Shown here: positions 46,566 through 57,200 of the stretch, piece by piece
Layout of the letters: each line of letters starts with the position of its first letter
How positions within the stretch are numbered: the stretch's first letter is position 1
Origin: a virus
DNA length: 64,000 nt
Virus record (IMG/VR): IMGVR_UViG_3300044811_000050
Reading direction: 5' to 3' (one strand)
Made by a program: the position numbers and the translations under genes
Notes under the pieces: model-generated
The model's input: the letters and a program-made list of their open reading frames with translations, nothing else
Told to the model about the DNA's origin: nothing
The model's database searches: none

Positions 46566-47930
46566 ATGACAACACCGATCTTTACCAACAGCGGCGACTT
46601 CGCCAGCCGGGTGAACGCGGGCGCGGTCAGCGACCTGAACAACCTGATGGAGCTTCAGTCCGCGACCAACCAGCCCGAGTCGAACGCCACCCAGATCATC
46701 TCCGACCCGATGCTGCCGGACCGCAACGTGATCGACCGGCTCGGGCACATGGACCCCGAGCTGTACGACCTGTCCGACAACAGCCACCTGATGAAGCTGC
46801 TCTCGGTGCTGCTCGGCGGGGCCGGCGCGGGCGGGCTGCGCAAACAGATCGCGGTGGCTCGGCTCCAGAACAGCTTCCGGGGCATGCACTTCTTGGACTT
46901 GGACCGGTTCTACGGCGCGTTGTTCGGCATCAAGCGCACCAAGGCCGAGGTGATGCCCGACTTCGGCACCAAGCTGCGGCCGGCGGTGTTCGACCCCTAC
47001 ACCGACGCGGCCGGCAATGACGTCTGGGACGACGTGCACTCCCGGGACGCCAGCTACCGGGACCGGCTGATCAAGTTCGCCCGCGCGCTGCCGCTGGGTG
47101 GCACCTACCCGGGGCTGCGCGCCGCCGCCGAGGCGCTGCTGAGCGTCGAGTGCGAGGTCTACGAGAGCTGGATCTGGGTGGACGAGCAGTACGCGGCGGC
47201 CACTCAGCCTCCGGTGCTGGTCTACACCTACACCTCGTTGATCAACACCTCTCCGACCTGGGGCCAGATGACGAGCGGGCAGAGCTGGGGGCAGATGTCC
47301 GGCTCGACCAGCGCGGGCTCCTACTTCCTGGGCCGGACCGGGCAGAAGAACCGGGCCGAGGTGCTGATCCAACCCAAGCGGCAGATCCGCAAGGACGAGC
47401 AGTTCCAGAGCATGCGGGTGATGGACCGGCTCAAGCCGGCCGGCAGCCAGATCACCGTGGACCCCGACGGACTGGCCATCCACCAGCCGGTGCCGTTGCG
47501 CGCGGTGGCCGCCGACTCGGAGCATTGGGAGATCATCTATAAGACCACCGCCAACCCGACGTTGATCGCTCCCGATCCAACGAAGCCGGTCTACCCGGAG
47601 CCGGACCCGAAGGTCTGCCAACCCCGGCCGGCGTTGTCGGGCTACCAGGGGGAGAAGTGGTGCTACAACAACGACATCGTGCGGTGCGCCAGCTACAAGA
47701 TGATCCAGCGGGCGATCGTGACCGCGACCAACTTCGACGTGGCGGTCTTCAAGGACGGCCAGTCGAGGAGCTACATGACCAGCTTCGCGGTGATGAGCGG
47801 GTCGCAGGTGGATAGCGCCCGAGCGGTCGCCGATGGGGTGATGACCAGCTTCGCCTTCGCGCCACGGCAGGGCTTCGGTGCGGCCAAGAACGTCACGATG
47901 ACCTCCATGAGATTGCCGAACAGCCGATGA
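46566..47930 (+). CDS. Baseplate wedge protein (P2 gpI-like)
   Basis: LDRFYG..FG..R, D.SYRDR, GGT..GL and LKPA motifs. Confidence 0.75.
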   Translation: MTTPIFTNSGDFASRVNAGAVSDLNNLMELQSATNQPESNATQIISDPMLPDRNVIDRLGHMDPELYDLSDNSHLMKLLSVLLGGAGAGGLRKQIAVARLQNSFRGMHFLDLDRFYGALFGIKRTKAEVMPDFGTKLRPAVFDPYTDAAGNDVWDDVHSRDASYRDRLIKFARALPLGGTYPGLRAAAEALLSVECEVYESWIWVDEQYAAATQPPVLVYTYTSLINTSPTWGQMTSGQSWGQMSGSTSAGSYFLGRTGQKNRAEVLIQPKRQIRKDEQFQSMRVMDRLKPAGSQITVDPDGLAIHQPVPLRAVAADSEHWEIIYKTTANPTLIAPDPTKPVYPEPDPKVCQPRPALSGYQGEKWCYNNDIVRCASYKMIQRAIVTATNFDVAVFKDGQSRSYMTSFAVMSGSQVDSARAVADGVMTSFAFAPRQGFGAAKNVTMTSMRLPNSR

Positions 47931-50900
47931 CCAGCGCGCTGACCCCGGCCTGGTCGGACAACATGCCGTTGGACCAGCTCAACGCCACGGCTAAGATCAA
48001 CTCGACGAGCATCAGCTCGAACGAGGGCACCGACCCGCAGCGGTTCTGGGCCACCCCGTCCCGGGACGGCGACGACGAGTCCCAGGAGTGCATGGAGATC
48101 ACCCTCTCCAACGAGCGGCTGGTCAACCACATCACCTTCGACCTGGCCAAGTTCCCGCACGACTGCTGGCTGGAGTGCTTCGACACCACGGTTGGCGACT
48201 GGGTGCCGCTGCGTCGGGCCGACGTGGAACGGGACGAGGATTGCTACCACACGGTGTTGGATTGCAACCCGCCGATCCTGCCGCAGGCCAGCGCCATCGA
48301 GGGGCACAACCACCCGCAGCACTCCTTCTCCGGACATTGGGAGAGCTGCGAGTTCATCACCCGGCCGGTCCGTTTCCAGCGGATCCGGGTGATCCTCAAG
48401 CGGCACACCCGCAGCCGGCTGCCGTGCAACTCCCGGGGCCTCAAGATGGCCTTCTCGTTGGCCGTGCGCGGGCTCTACTGCGGCTACAAGGTCTACTCCC
48501 GAGACTGCGTGCCGACGCCGCAGCCGAAGCTGGTCAGCTACACCGAGCACCAGGAGTTCGCCACCAGCACCGACGTGCTGGGCTCCCAGGTCAGCTACTC
48601 CTACCGGGTCAACAAGGCCGAGAACATCCTGTTCAACAGCCCGAACCCGACCCCGGACACCCAGACCCTGGTCTGGCGCTGCGAGCCGATGCCGTTCCCG
48701 CAGGCGGTGGTCAACTACTTCATGGACGTCCGGGACGATGCCGGCGACCCGCAGGTGCTCGACCGGTTCTACGTCGACCCGCTCTACGACGGCCCGAACG
48801 TCAACCTCTACTACTCCAACGACGAACCGGACGCCGACTTCGAGGCTCCCGACGACCCGATCCCGCCGCAGCTCGCGGTGGTCAACGGACCGACCGACGG
48901 GCTCGACCCGCTGGGTTCAGCTACCTCGCCCTACGGCCGGGTCACCTGGGTGGACGTGGACGCCAAGCCGCTGGGCTTCCGGCCCGGCCGGCGCTGGTGG
49001 TTCGGCGCCCGGCTGAACTGGCGCTTCCTGCGCGGGCTCGACACCCACGACCACCCGATCATCGACTGCGGGGAATTCCACCTGGCCTGGACCCCCCTCG
49101 GCATGCGCTTTGCCACCGCGCGAGGTGACTATTTCCACGTGGACGTGGACAATTTCCACCCGGCCACCGACTTCACCTTCATGAGTTGGTACGAGGACGG
49201 CCACGCCCACGTGAAGATCAAGGTCAACAACCAGGTCTTCCACGATTCCCGCAAGCTGTCCGTCCAGCTCTCCGAGAACACCATCGGCAAGCTGCGCCTC
49301 GGTGGATTCTTCACCAACAATGTCTCGGCGGATTTCCGACTGCGGCACATGTGCCTGAAGGTCGACCAGACCGTCACCGACGACCTGTCCGACGACTTCC
49401 TGGACGACCCCGAGCCGTACTGCCGGAAGCCGGAGTTCCGGGCGGACGACACATTCAAGACGAACAATGCCATCCTCCGGTACAACCCGGGCTATTCCAC
49501 CGACGATTTCCCGACCGGGCTGAAGGGCGGCACCCCGACCAAGTATTCCAACATGGAATGGTCGCCCATCGCCCGGGACTACATTCTCCGGAAGGGCTTC
49601 CTCCAGTTCCCGCCCACCAAGGCGAAGTACTGGAAGTTCGAGTTCTGCGGGTTGGTGGCCGAGCCCTACGAGGTCTACGTCCCGATCAAGAAGACGGTGA
49701 AGACCTTCCGCACCGAGATGTGGATGGTGCCGGTCAAGCCACCGATGGTGGCCACCCGTATCTCGATCATGGTGCCAGGCCTCTCGATTTCGGTGGGCCT
49801 CTCGGCCACCTTCGGCTACCGATCCTCGACCAGCGTCTCGGTCAGCTCACCCGAGTCCAACTTCTCGGTACGTGGCTACAGCGCCACCAGCGTGCGGGTG
49901 GCCGCCTCGGTGAACGTGCACGTGGCGATGATGTCGGTGAGCTGGGTCTGGGGCTTCCTGCCCTGTCACCCGCCCACCTTCGTGCCGCGCTTCGAGACCA
50001 AGTGCGTGCACGTCTACGAGAGCATCGAGATCGCCCAGCAAACCAAGATCGCCTACTTCGTCGGGCTGAAGGCCATCCAGCCCTACAAGGTCAGCTACCT
50101 GGCCACCGACGACACCAGCCAGTACGACGAGCAGTTCCACGACTCGGACAACCTGGACACCGAATCCGGCTGGACCCTGACCAACGACCACGAGCTGACC
50201 TCCGGGGACAGCCGGTACGCCCAGGCCCAGTCCCAGGTGTTCAAATCGAACAGAACCGTCCGCGCGGTGCAGTTCGCCACCACCCAGTCCGCGCCCACCC
50301 AGCTGCTACCCGACGACGACTTCGACGCCGCCGAGCCGGGCACCAACTGGCGGGAGGCCGGGGACGGCACGATGGCGCCGTTCACCACCCAGGACGAACG
50401 GGTGGGCTCGACCCTGCGCGTCGACCGGGGCTCCCGGCAGCCCAGCTGGGACAAGATGGATGGCTCCGACGGGCTCTACCCGTTCTGGTCCTCGATCGAG
50501 ACCCAGGCACCCAGCTGGGATGCGGTGGAACGCTCCGGCAACCCGGCGCAGAACCTCGGTGGCATCGAAGCGCGCAGCGCGGTGGACACCCCGCCCGGCG
50601 GCCGGATCTACGCCGCCGCCCGAGTGATCGCGCCGGCCGACCTGTCCAGCCCGCTGTACGTGCAGATCATCGACGATGTCACCGGCCAGGTGCTCTCGGA
50701 GACCGGCGCCGAGGTCAAGGCCAACCAGATCACCGAATGGTGGACCAGCTACACCCTCGGGGAGAGCGCGGAGCTGGCCTGGCGCTGGCGGGACTTCTCG
50801 GTCCAGACGCTCTACCCGACCTACGTGGACTCCTTCGTCCGGGCCAACTCGTCCAGTCTGGGCAACCTGTCCGCCACCAACCAGGCCTGGCTGAACGTCG

Positions 50901-52648
50901 GCACCGGGCACACCATCGTCAGCGGGGAGGCCACCACGGCCACCGCCGGGGCCTACGACTACGTGGACTCGATCATCCCCTGGGGCATCTACGAGATGGT
51001 GGTCGGCACCCTGGGCACCGGCACCGCCGCGCCGCTGCTCGGCCTGCTGCCGCTGCGCATCGACGACCAAGGGGTGCTGACCTACGCGGGCGGGCGGTCC
51101 AACTTCGGCACCACCTCGGTGATCAACCGCGCGGTGCAGGTCGGTGACGACATCCGGGTGGACGTGCTCCCGATGGCCATGGTGCCGACCAACCGCCGGC
51201 CGGTCGACTGGGTGGACAACGTCAGCCAGCCCTACGCATTGGTGATCTATCTCAACACCACCTGGATCAAGACCATCGGGCACCGGCTGGGAGCCAAGAC
51301 CAGGCGCGGGTTCTTCGGCCGGGTCGGGCAACACTTCCGGTCGTTCTCCTGGCTGCCCTACAACTACGGCCAGCTGCCGGGGCCGACCATCTGGGAGCTG
51401 CCGGTCACCGGCTTCGGCAGCTTCGACTCCTCCGGGCTGACCTGGACCGACACCGAGGGCTTCGTCTGGGCGCTGACCGGCACGGTCAACAACACCACTA
51501 CCGCCGGGGTGCTCACCTTCACCTCCGCCGCGAGCCAGATGCTGGTGGACACCAAGTACTGGTACGGCACGCTGACCGCCGGGGTCCGGCACGTGGCCGA
51601 CGGGACGATGGGCAAGCACGGCAACGTGCTGGTGCTCGACGCCGCCGCGAACGCCTATCTCAACGCCGCCGGCAACGTCATGCTGAACGGGGTCAGCATG
51701 GGCAACCTGGTGCCCGGCGGGGTGGCCAACAACTGCTTCCTTCAGGTGCAGTTCCTGCCCACCGCCTCGGTGGCTTCCTCGATCCGGGGCTCGATCAACC
51801 CGAGCACTTTCCCTCGGATGCTGGTGGCCCGAGTGGACGGCGCCGTGGTGGGCACCGCCGCGTTCACCGAGATGCAGACCTGGCAGGGCACCCGTCGGGG
51901 CCTGGCCGGCGACGTCTACGACGGCACCCCGGGCGCTACCATCGCCGACTACCACACATCGTTTGATTCCTTCGGCTGGGCGCCGGACTCCTCCAACGTG
52001 GCGCTCAACCCGAAGACCCCAACCTGGGACGAGGTCAGCCAGAAGGCCACCGGCACCTACGACAGCCTCGCCCAGTACCGGACCCTGGCCACCGGCCGGC
52101 TGCGCGCCCGGGTGATCCAACGGGGCGCCTCGATCGACGTCTGGGACATGGACACCCTGTCGTTGTTCGCCGACCCGATCGTGTGGAGCTTCTCCAACGA
52201 CGGCGGGCTGAACTTCTACAACGCCTATGACATCAAGAACGACCCGCGTGGCGTGTTGGTCTTCCCCGAGGGGGTGGTGGTCTCGGCGGGCACCGGGGCC
52301 GCCGGCACCACCCCGGGCCAGGCCCTGATCTGGCGGGCGATCAGCTACTCGCCCGGCCAGAAGATCAGTTCGCTGACCATCCGGCCGTGGTACGGCGGAC
52401 TGCTGTCCGGGATCACCCACCGGGTCGGGTTGGCCACCGGCGGACCCAACCAGATGCCGTACGACCACTACCCGCCGATCGAGCAGGACGCCCGGTTTCA
52501 GACCTGGCACAAGCCCATCCCGGCCGATTGGTTCTACCAACGGCGGATCTTGAGGCGCTCCGTCGACCAGGTGGTGCCGGCGCCGAAGGTGCTGCTGCTG
52601 CCGGAGGCCATGACCAGCTACTACCGCACCGAGATCCAGGGGTCCTGA
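47927..52648 (+). CDS. Large (1573 aa) baseplate/minor tail protein
   Basis: Beta-rich; discoidin- and LamG-like segments; TWxxV repeats. Confidence 0.75.
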   Translation: MTSALTPAWSDNMPLDQLNATAKINSTSISSNEGTDPQRFWATPSRDGDDESQECMEITLSNERLVNHITFDLAKFPHDCWLECFDTTVGDWVPLRRADVERDEDCYHTVLDCNPPILPQASAIEGHNHPQHSFSGHWESCEFITRPVRFQRIRVILKRHTRSRLPCNSRGLKMAFSLAVRGLYCGYKVYSRDCVPTPQPKLVSYTEHQEFATSTDVLGSQVSYSYRVNKAENILFNSPNPTPDTQTLVWRCEPMPFPQAVVNYFMDVRDDAGDPQVLDRFYVDPLYDGPNVNLYYSNDEPDADFEAPDDPIPPQLAVVNGPTDGLDPLGSATSPYGRVTWVDVDAKPLGFRPGRRWWFGARLNWRFLRGLDTHDHPIIDCGEFHLAWTPLGMRFATARGDYFHVDVDNFHPATDFTFMSWYEDGHAHVKIKVNNQVFHDSRKLSVQLSENTIGKLRLGGFFTNNVSADFRLRHMCLKVDQTVTDDLSDDFLDDPEPYCRKPEFRADDTFKTNNAILRYNPGYSTDDFPTGLKGGTPTKYSNMEWSPIARDYILRKGFLQFPPTKAKYWKFEFCGLVAEPYEVYVPIKKTVKTFRTEMWMVPVKPPMVATRISIMVPGLSISVGLSATFGYRSSTSVSVSSPESNFSVRGYSATSVRVAASVNVHVAMMSVSWVWGFLPCHPPTFVPRFETKCVHVYESIEIAQQTKIAYFVGLKAIQPYKVSYLATDDTSQYDEQFHDSDNLDTESGWTLTNDHELTSGDSRYAQAQSQVFKSNRTVRAVQFATTQSAPTQLLPDDDFDAAEPGTNWREAGDGTMAPFTTQDERVGSTLRVDRGSRQPSWDKMDGSDGLYPFWSSIETQAPSWDAVERSGNPAQNLGGIEARSAVDTPPGGRIYAAARVIAPADLSSPLYVQIIDDVTGQVLSETGAEVKANQITEWWTSYTLGESAELAWRWRDFSVQTLYPTYVDSFVRANSSSLGNLSATNQAWLNVGTGHTIVSGEATTATAGAYDYVDSIIPWGIYEMVVGTLGTGTAAPLLGLLPLRIDDQGVLTYAGGRSNFGTTSVINRAVQVGDDIRVDVLPMAMVPTNRRPVDWVDNVSQPYALVIYLNTTWIKTIGHRLGAKTRRGFFGRVGQHFRSFSWLPYNYGQLPGPTIWELPVTGFGSFDSSGLTWTDTEGFVWALTGTVNNTTTAGVLTFTSAASQMLVDTKYWYGTLTAGVRHVADGTMGKHGNVLVLDAAANAYLNAAGNVMLNGVSMGNLVPGGVANNCFLQVQFLPTASVASSIRGSINPSTFPRMLVARVDGAVVGTAAFTEMQTWQGTRRGLAGDVYDGTPGATIADYHTSFDSFGWAPDSSNVALNPKTPTWDEVSQKATGTYDSLAQYRTLATGRLRARVIQRGASIDVWDMDTLSLFADPIVWSFSNDGGLNFYNAYDIKNDPRGVLVFPEGVVVSAGTGAAGTTPGQALIWRAISYSPGQKISSLTIRPWYGGLLSGITHRVGLATGGPNQMPYDHYPPIEQDARFQTWHKPIPADWFYQRRILRRSVDQVVPAPKVLLLPEAMTSYYRTEIQGS

Positions 52649-54255
52649 TGAGTAGAGCCCACCTGCACCGCCCGATCACGGACAGCGAAGGCAACGTGGT
52701 GCCCGGTACGAAGGTGACCGTCTACGAGGCGGGCACCAGCGGATTGATCGGGCAAGCGCTCTACACCCAGCCGACCGGCTCGCCGGTGTGGGACAACCCG
52801 CACGTCACCTCGGACGGCTTCGTCGACTTCTACCTGGACCGCCCACAGTCGGTGCGCATCGGGCTGGTGGTGCAGGGCAGCTCCGAGACCTACGTGGACG
52901 ACATCCCGGTGCTGCCGGCACCGGACAACCTGGTGCAGGCCGATGAGGCCTTCCAGGTGACCAATCCGGCCACCGCCGGCTGGTTCCTTCAGGCCGGCCA
53001 GCCGGGGCAGGCCTCTTGGGTGGACGCCGGGGACCTGGTCAATTCCCATCCCAGCCAGCTCAACCAGCTCTACGACTACGACTTCTCCGGCGGCACCATC
53101 CAGGATCTGGTGCTCACCGACGCCACCGGGGCCACCGTCACCCCGACCTACCCGGACGTCACCGCCGATGCGAAGCCGCTCGGGTGGGAGTTCTTCACCG
53201 CCGCCGTGCGGGTGCCGACCACCAGCAAGGTGACGATCAAGGTACCGACCATGACCTGGCCGGAGCGCGGCACGGTGATCTTCCTCTACAAGGTGGTCAC
53301 CGCCAACGCCGGAGTCGGCGCGGCGATGCTGCACGTCGGCATCGACAACGACCTGCTCTTCGTGGAGACCCCCACCTCGGCTGATCTGTGCAATACCTGG
53401 ATGGTCGGCTACCTGGACGAGATCCCCGCCGGCAGCCATGCGGTCACCCTCGAACATCGGCCGGGTACCGACACCGACTCCTACGTGCTGCTCGGCCCGG
53501 TCTGGCTCCAGTACGGCGACAACATCCCGGCCCATGATCACCCTGGCACGGCGGATCAGACCGTGCGACTGGGTACCGGGGCCACGGCGGGCTATGCCGG
53601 GGCCACGGCGGTCGGCGCGGCGGCTTTGGCCCAGGGGCTCAACGCCACCGCCTACGGCTACGACGCGCAGTCCGGCGCCGGCTCGGTGGCGGCCGGCGCG
53701 ATCACCCGGGCCGGCACCGACGCGGTCTCGGTCGGCTACCGGGCCAGCACCGCCGGCAAGACCGGCGGGGTGGCGCTCGGTCGGGACGCGATGACCAACG
53801 ACGACTACGCGGTGGCCGTGGGGCTCTCTGCGCGCGCTCAGGGCCCGAGCGGGGTCGCGGTGGGTTCCGGGGCCCTCACCGGGACTCTGGCCGGCTCCGT
53901 GGCCCTGGGAGCCAGCGCGCAGGCGCTTGCCGTGGGTGCCGTGGCGTTGGGGCAGAACGCCGTGGTGGCCGCCGGGCACGACTACTCGATCGCCATCGGC
54001 CAAGGGGTGGTCACCACCGCCGATCACCAGGCCCGGATCGGGGACTCGGCCACCACCGTGGTGATCCCGGGCAACTTCCGGCAGGTCGGCGGCAACGCCC
54101 TGTTCGGCGCGGCGGACAAGAAGCTCGGCTTCTACGGCTCAGCCGGGATCAACAAACCGACCGTGACCGGTTCCCGGGGCGGCAACGCCACCCTGGCCAG
54201 CCTGCTGACCCTGCTGGCCAACATGGGGCTGATCGTGGATGGGAGCACCAGCTGA
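52648..54255 (+). CDS. Tail fibre with YadA-like head repeats
   Basis: About 14-residue repeats (A/S)VA(L/V)G..A.A; ATG overlaps upstream TGA. Confidence 0.8.
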   Translation: MSRAHLHRPITDSEGNVVPGTKVTVYEAGTSGLIGQALYTQPTGSPVWDNPHVTSDGFVDFYLDRPQSVRIGLVVQGSSETYVDDIPVLPAPDNLVQADEAFQVTNPATAGWFLQAGQPGQASWVDAGDLVNSHPSQLNQLYDYDFSGGTIQDLVLTDATGATVTPTYPDVTADAKPLGWEFFTAAVRVPTTSKVTIKVPTMTWPERGTVIFLYKVVTANAGVGAAMLHVGIDNDLLFVETPTSADLCNTWMVGYLDEIPAGSHAVTLEHRPGTDTDSYVLLGPVWLQYGDNIPAHDHPGTADQTVRLGTGATAGYAGATAVGAAALAQGLNATAYGYDAQSGAGSVAAGAITRAGTDAVSVGYRASTAGKTGGVALGRDAMTNDDYAVAVGLSARAQGPSGVAVGSGALTGTLAGSVALGASAQALAVGAVALGQNAVVAAGHDYSIAIGQGVVTTADHQARIGDSATTVVIPGNFRQVGGNALFGAADKKLGFYGSAGINKPTVTGSRGGNATLASLLTLLANMGLIVDGSTS

Positions 54256-57200
54256 TGGCTCTCTCGAATCGGGCGCAGCTGTATCACCCGGTGGTTGACG
54301 AGGCGGGGGATCTGTTCCGGTACGCGCGGATTCGGGTGTACCTGGAGGACGGGGTCACCCCGTTCGACGGGCAGATCTACCGCGACGGCACCAGCACCAA
54401 GACCTACGGGAATCCGTTCGTCGCGGCGCCCGCGTTGGTCACCGTCTACTTCGAGCGGCCGACCCGGGTCCGGCTGGGCATGCAGGTCGACCTGAGCAAG
54501 CCCGAGGTCATCGGCGACGTGATCGACGTGACCCTCGACGCGGACCATGCGGTGGACACCCTCAGCCCGCTCTACATCCAGGGCGACTGGGTGCCGCAGG
54601 GGCTGCTGTGCGGGCGGGACTCGGCCACCGCGTTCTGGAAGCCGCTGCGCATCGACCACGAGCACGCGGCGGTGGCGTCGGGCACCACCCTGGCCGGGTC
54701 CAGCTCGCTGCCGCTGCGCCAGGCCGGCACCTTCGACGGCGCCACGGTGCTCGGCGCCGGCTCCGGCGGGTGGGGCGCGCACAGTTCGTTGCGCAGCTCT
54801 TCGATGCTCGGCTCGTTGGCCGACGGCTACGGCCGGGGCACCACCGCGATCGGGCACAACGCGCTGGCCGAGGAGGCGGACGCCACGCCCTGGCGCGACG
54901 GCGCGACCGCCCTAGGCCGGGCCGCCAGCGCGATTGATGGGGCGGTCGCGGTCGGGGCGCAAACCGTTGCCGATGACGGCTCGGTCTCCCTCGGCGCCGG
55001 CACCTGGGCCGGCTTGGACAGCGCGGTGGCGTTGGGCACCGGCGCGCGACCGGCCGGCGGCGGGTTGGCCATCGGCGCCAACGCCGGCTCGTCCGCCAAT
55101 GGCATGCCCGGCTCCATCGGGTTGGGCACCGGCGCCCAGTACGGGCTGCCCAGCTCCACCGACGCCGGGGACACCTCGGTCTTGCTCGGTGGCTACGACC
55201 CGAGCCGGGCCCGGATCTTCCCGTGGGCCAACCCGGGCGCCAGCCAATCAGAGAGCCCGTTCAACGAGTTCACCCCGACGATGGCGTTCACCGGGCGCAC
55301 CGTGCAGCTTCAGCGGCACCTGGAGTGGCTGGCCGACATCGTCGGGCTCCAGGTGTCCGGGGACGTCACCCTGGGCGGTCCAGACGGCCTGCTGGGCTTC
55401 TATGGCACCGCCCCGAAGGTCAAGGCCTCCCTCGGTGACGACGAGCCCTCTAGCGGCATCACCGCGCTGGACAACCTGATCTACGCGCTGCGCGACCTCG
55501 GGCTGCTGCGCTACCGCACCGAGGCTTCGATGCTCTACCGGGGCGATGACCTGACCCGCCATTACCGCGACGGCGACCAGGTGGCGGCCTGGCCGGAGCA
55601 CTTCGGTGGGGACACCGCGCGGGCGGTACCTGGCCGGCCGCCCACCTACCGACTCGCCGATGCCGGGTTTAACCGCCAGCCCACCGTGGGCTTCAACAAC
55701 TCGATCTACCTGCGGTCCACCCAGCCGATCGGCGAGCTGCGCGGGGCCAACCTGCTGCCGCAGGAGAAGCACTACATCGCGGTGGCCAGCCACACCCGCC
55801 ACTCGTTCGGGCTCAACGAGGGTTTGCTCAACCTGTCCTACCTCGATCGCACGGTCACCGACGACACCAACGTGCTGGCCGGGGATGGCTACGACACCGG
55901 CCGCTGGCAGGCCCGCAACATCAGCGCGTACACCGCCGACGGGCTCGACCAGACCCGCAACATGGACGCCCGACTGCCTGGCCCGCACGCCTACGCGGTC
56001 AGCCACCCGGCCACCTGGCCGCATGCCCGACCGGTGATCGGCGGGCCGCGCGACAACGCAACCTCGGACTGGAACCGATGGTCGGGCAACATCGCCGAGC
56101 TGGTCGGCATGGACGCCACCTGGGAACCCCGGCACGTGGCCTCGATGGCCACCGGGCTCCAGTTCAAGTACGACATCAACCAGCCCGACTCCGCGCTGAA
56201 GGACCCGGCCAAGAACTTCGTGCTCACCCAGCACGACCCGATGAACGGCACCCTGATCTTCTGGGACAAGGACTACTCGGACGGCTACCTGGGTAAGGTG
56301 CGCGGGCACGTCATCCGAGTGCCCAAGTCGGTCATCTTCGTCCCCTTCATCTCCATTTACATCGCATTCAGCTACTACTTCTTCCGGGGGTCCCTGGTCG
56401 GTAACTGGGGGAACATTTCCGGAAGTTCGGAATACGAGGTCGACATCTCCATCAAGATCGGCGATCTTGACGAGGATGGGGATATCGACGTCGATGTCGA
56501 GTTCGACGTGGAGACCGAGTCGCACGTCGGGACCTTCTCGCTGAACAACAACCTGACCTGGTCCATGGGCCAGCTCAACTGTGACTACGGCTACAAAATC
56601 TGTCGGATCCGGCACCGGATCACCCGAGAGATCGTCTGCATCTCCGGCGAGCCGCCGTTCCGGTACGCCGACACCGACGTGTTGATCTACTCGACCAAGT
56701 CCGACGGCTCGCTGCTGCTGGAGGCCACCACCCCGTTGTGGGGAGACGGTTCGTTCAAGGCCTGGGTGCGCCATCCCGGCAAGAAGATTGCCCGGGTGGT
56801 GGAGCGGTCTACCGGCAATGTATTGGGCACCACCGAGTACCAGGAGAAGGCGCTGCCGCGTACCCAGCTTTATGCCGACGACGATCCCGAGGTGAGCTTC
56901 GCCAACCGGGACAAGGCCAACCCCTACGAGTCGGCCCTGACAACGTTCTCAATCCTTGAGATGTCTCCCCTGTACTGGTACCGGGCTCGGCATATCCTGG
57001 CAACGCTGCGGTTGGTGTGTAACGACGACGGGTCGCTGAACGAGAGTTATTCGGCGGTCCTCCCCGTGAAGGCCACCCGACCCGCAGGAGAATCGCCTGA
57101 GCGCTGGGGAGCGGCTTGGGCGATCCTGGCCGTCCTCCGCTACCAGGCGGTCACGGGGGACGGCCAGTTCCTGGCTTTCGCCACCCAGCTCGCGGACTTC

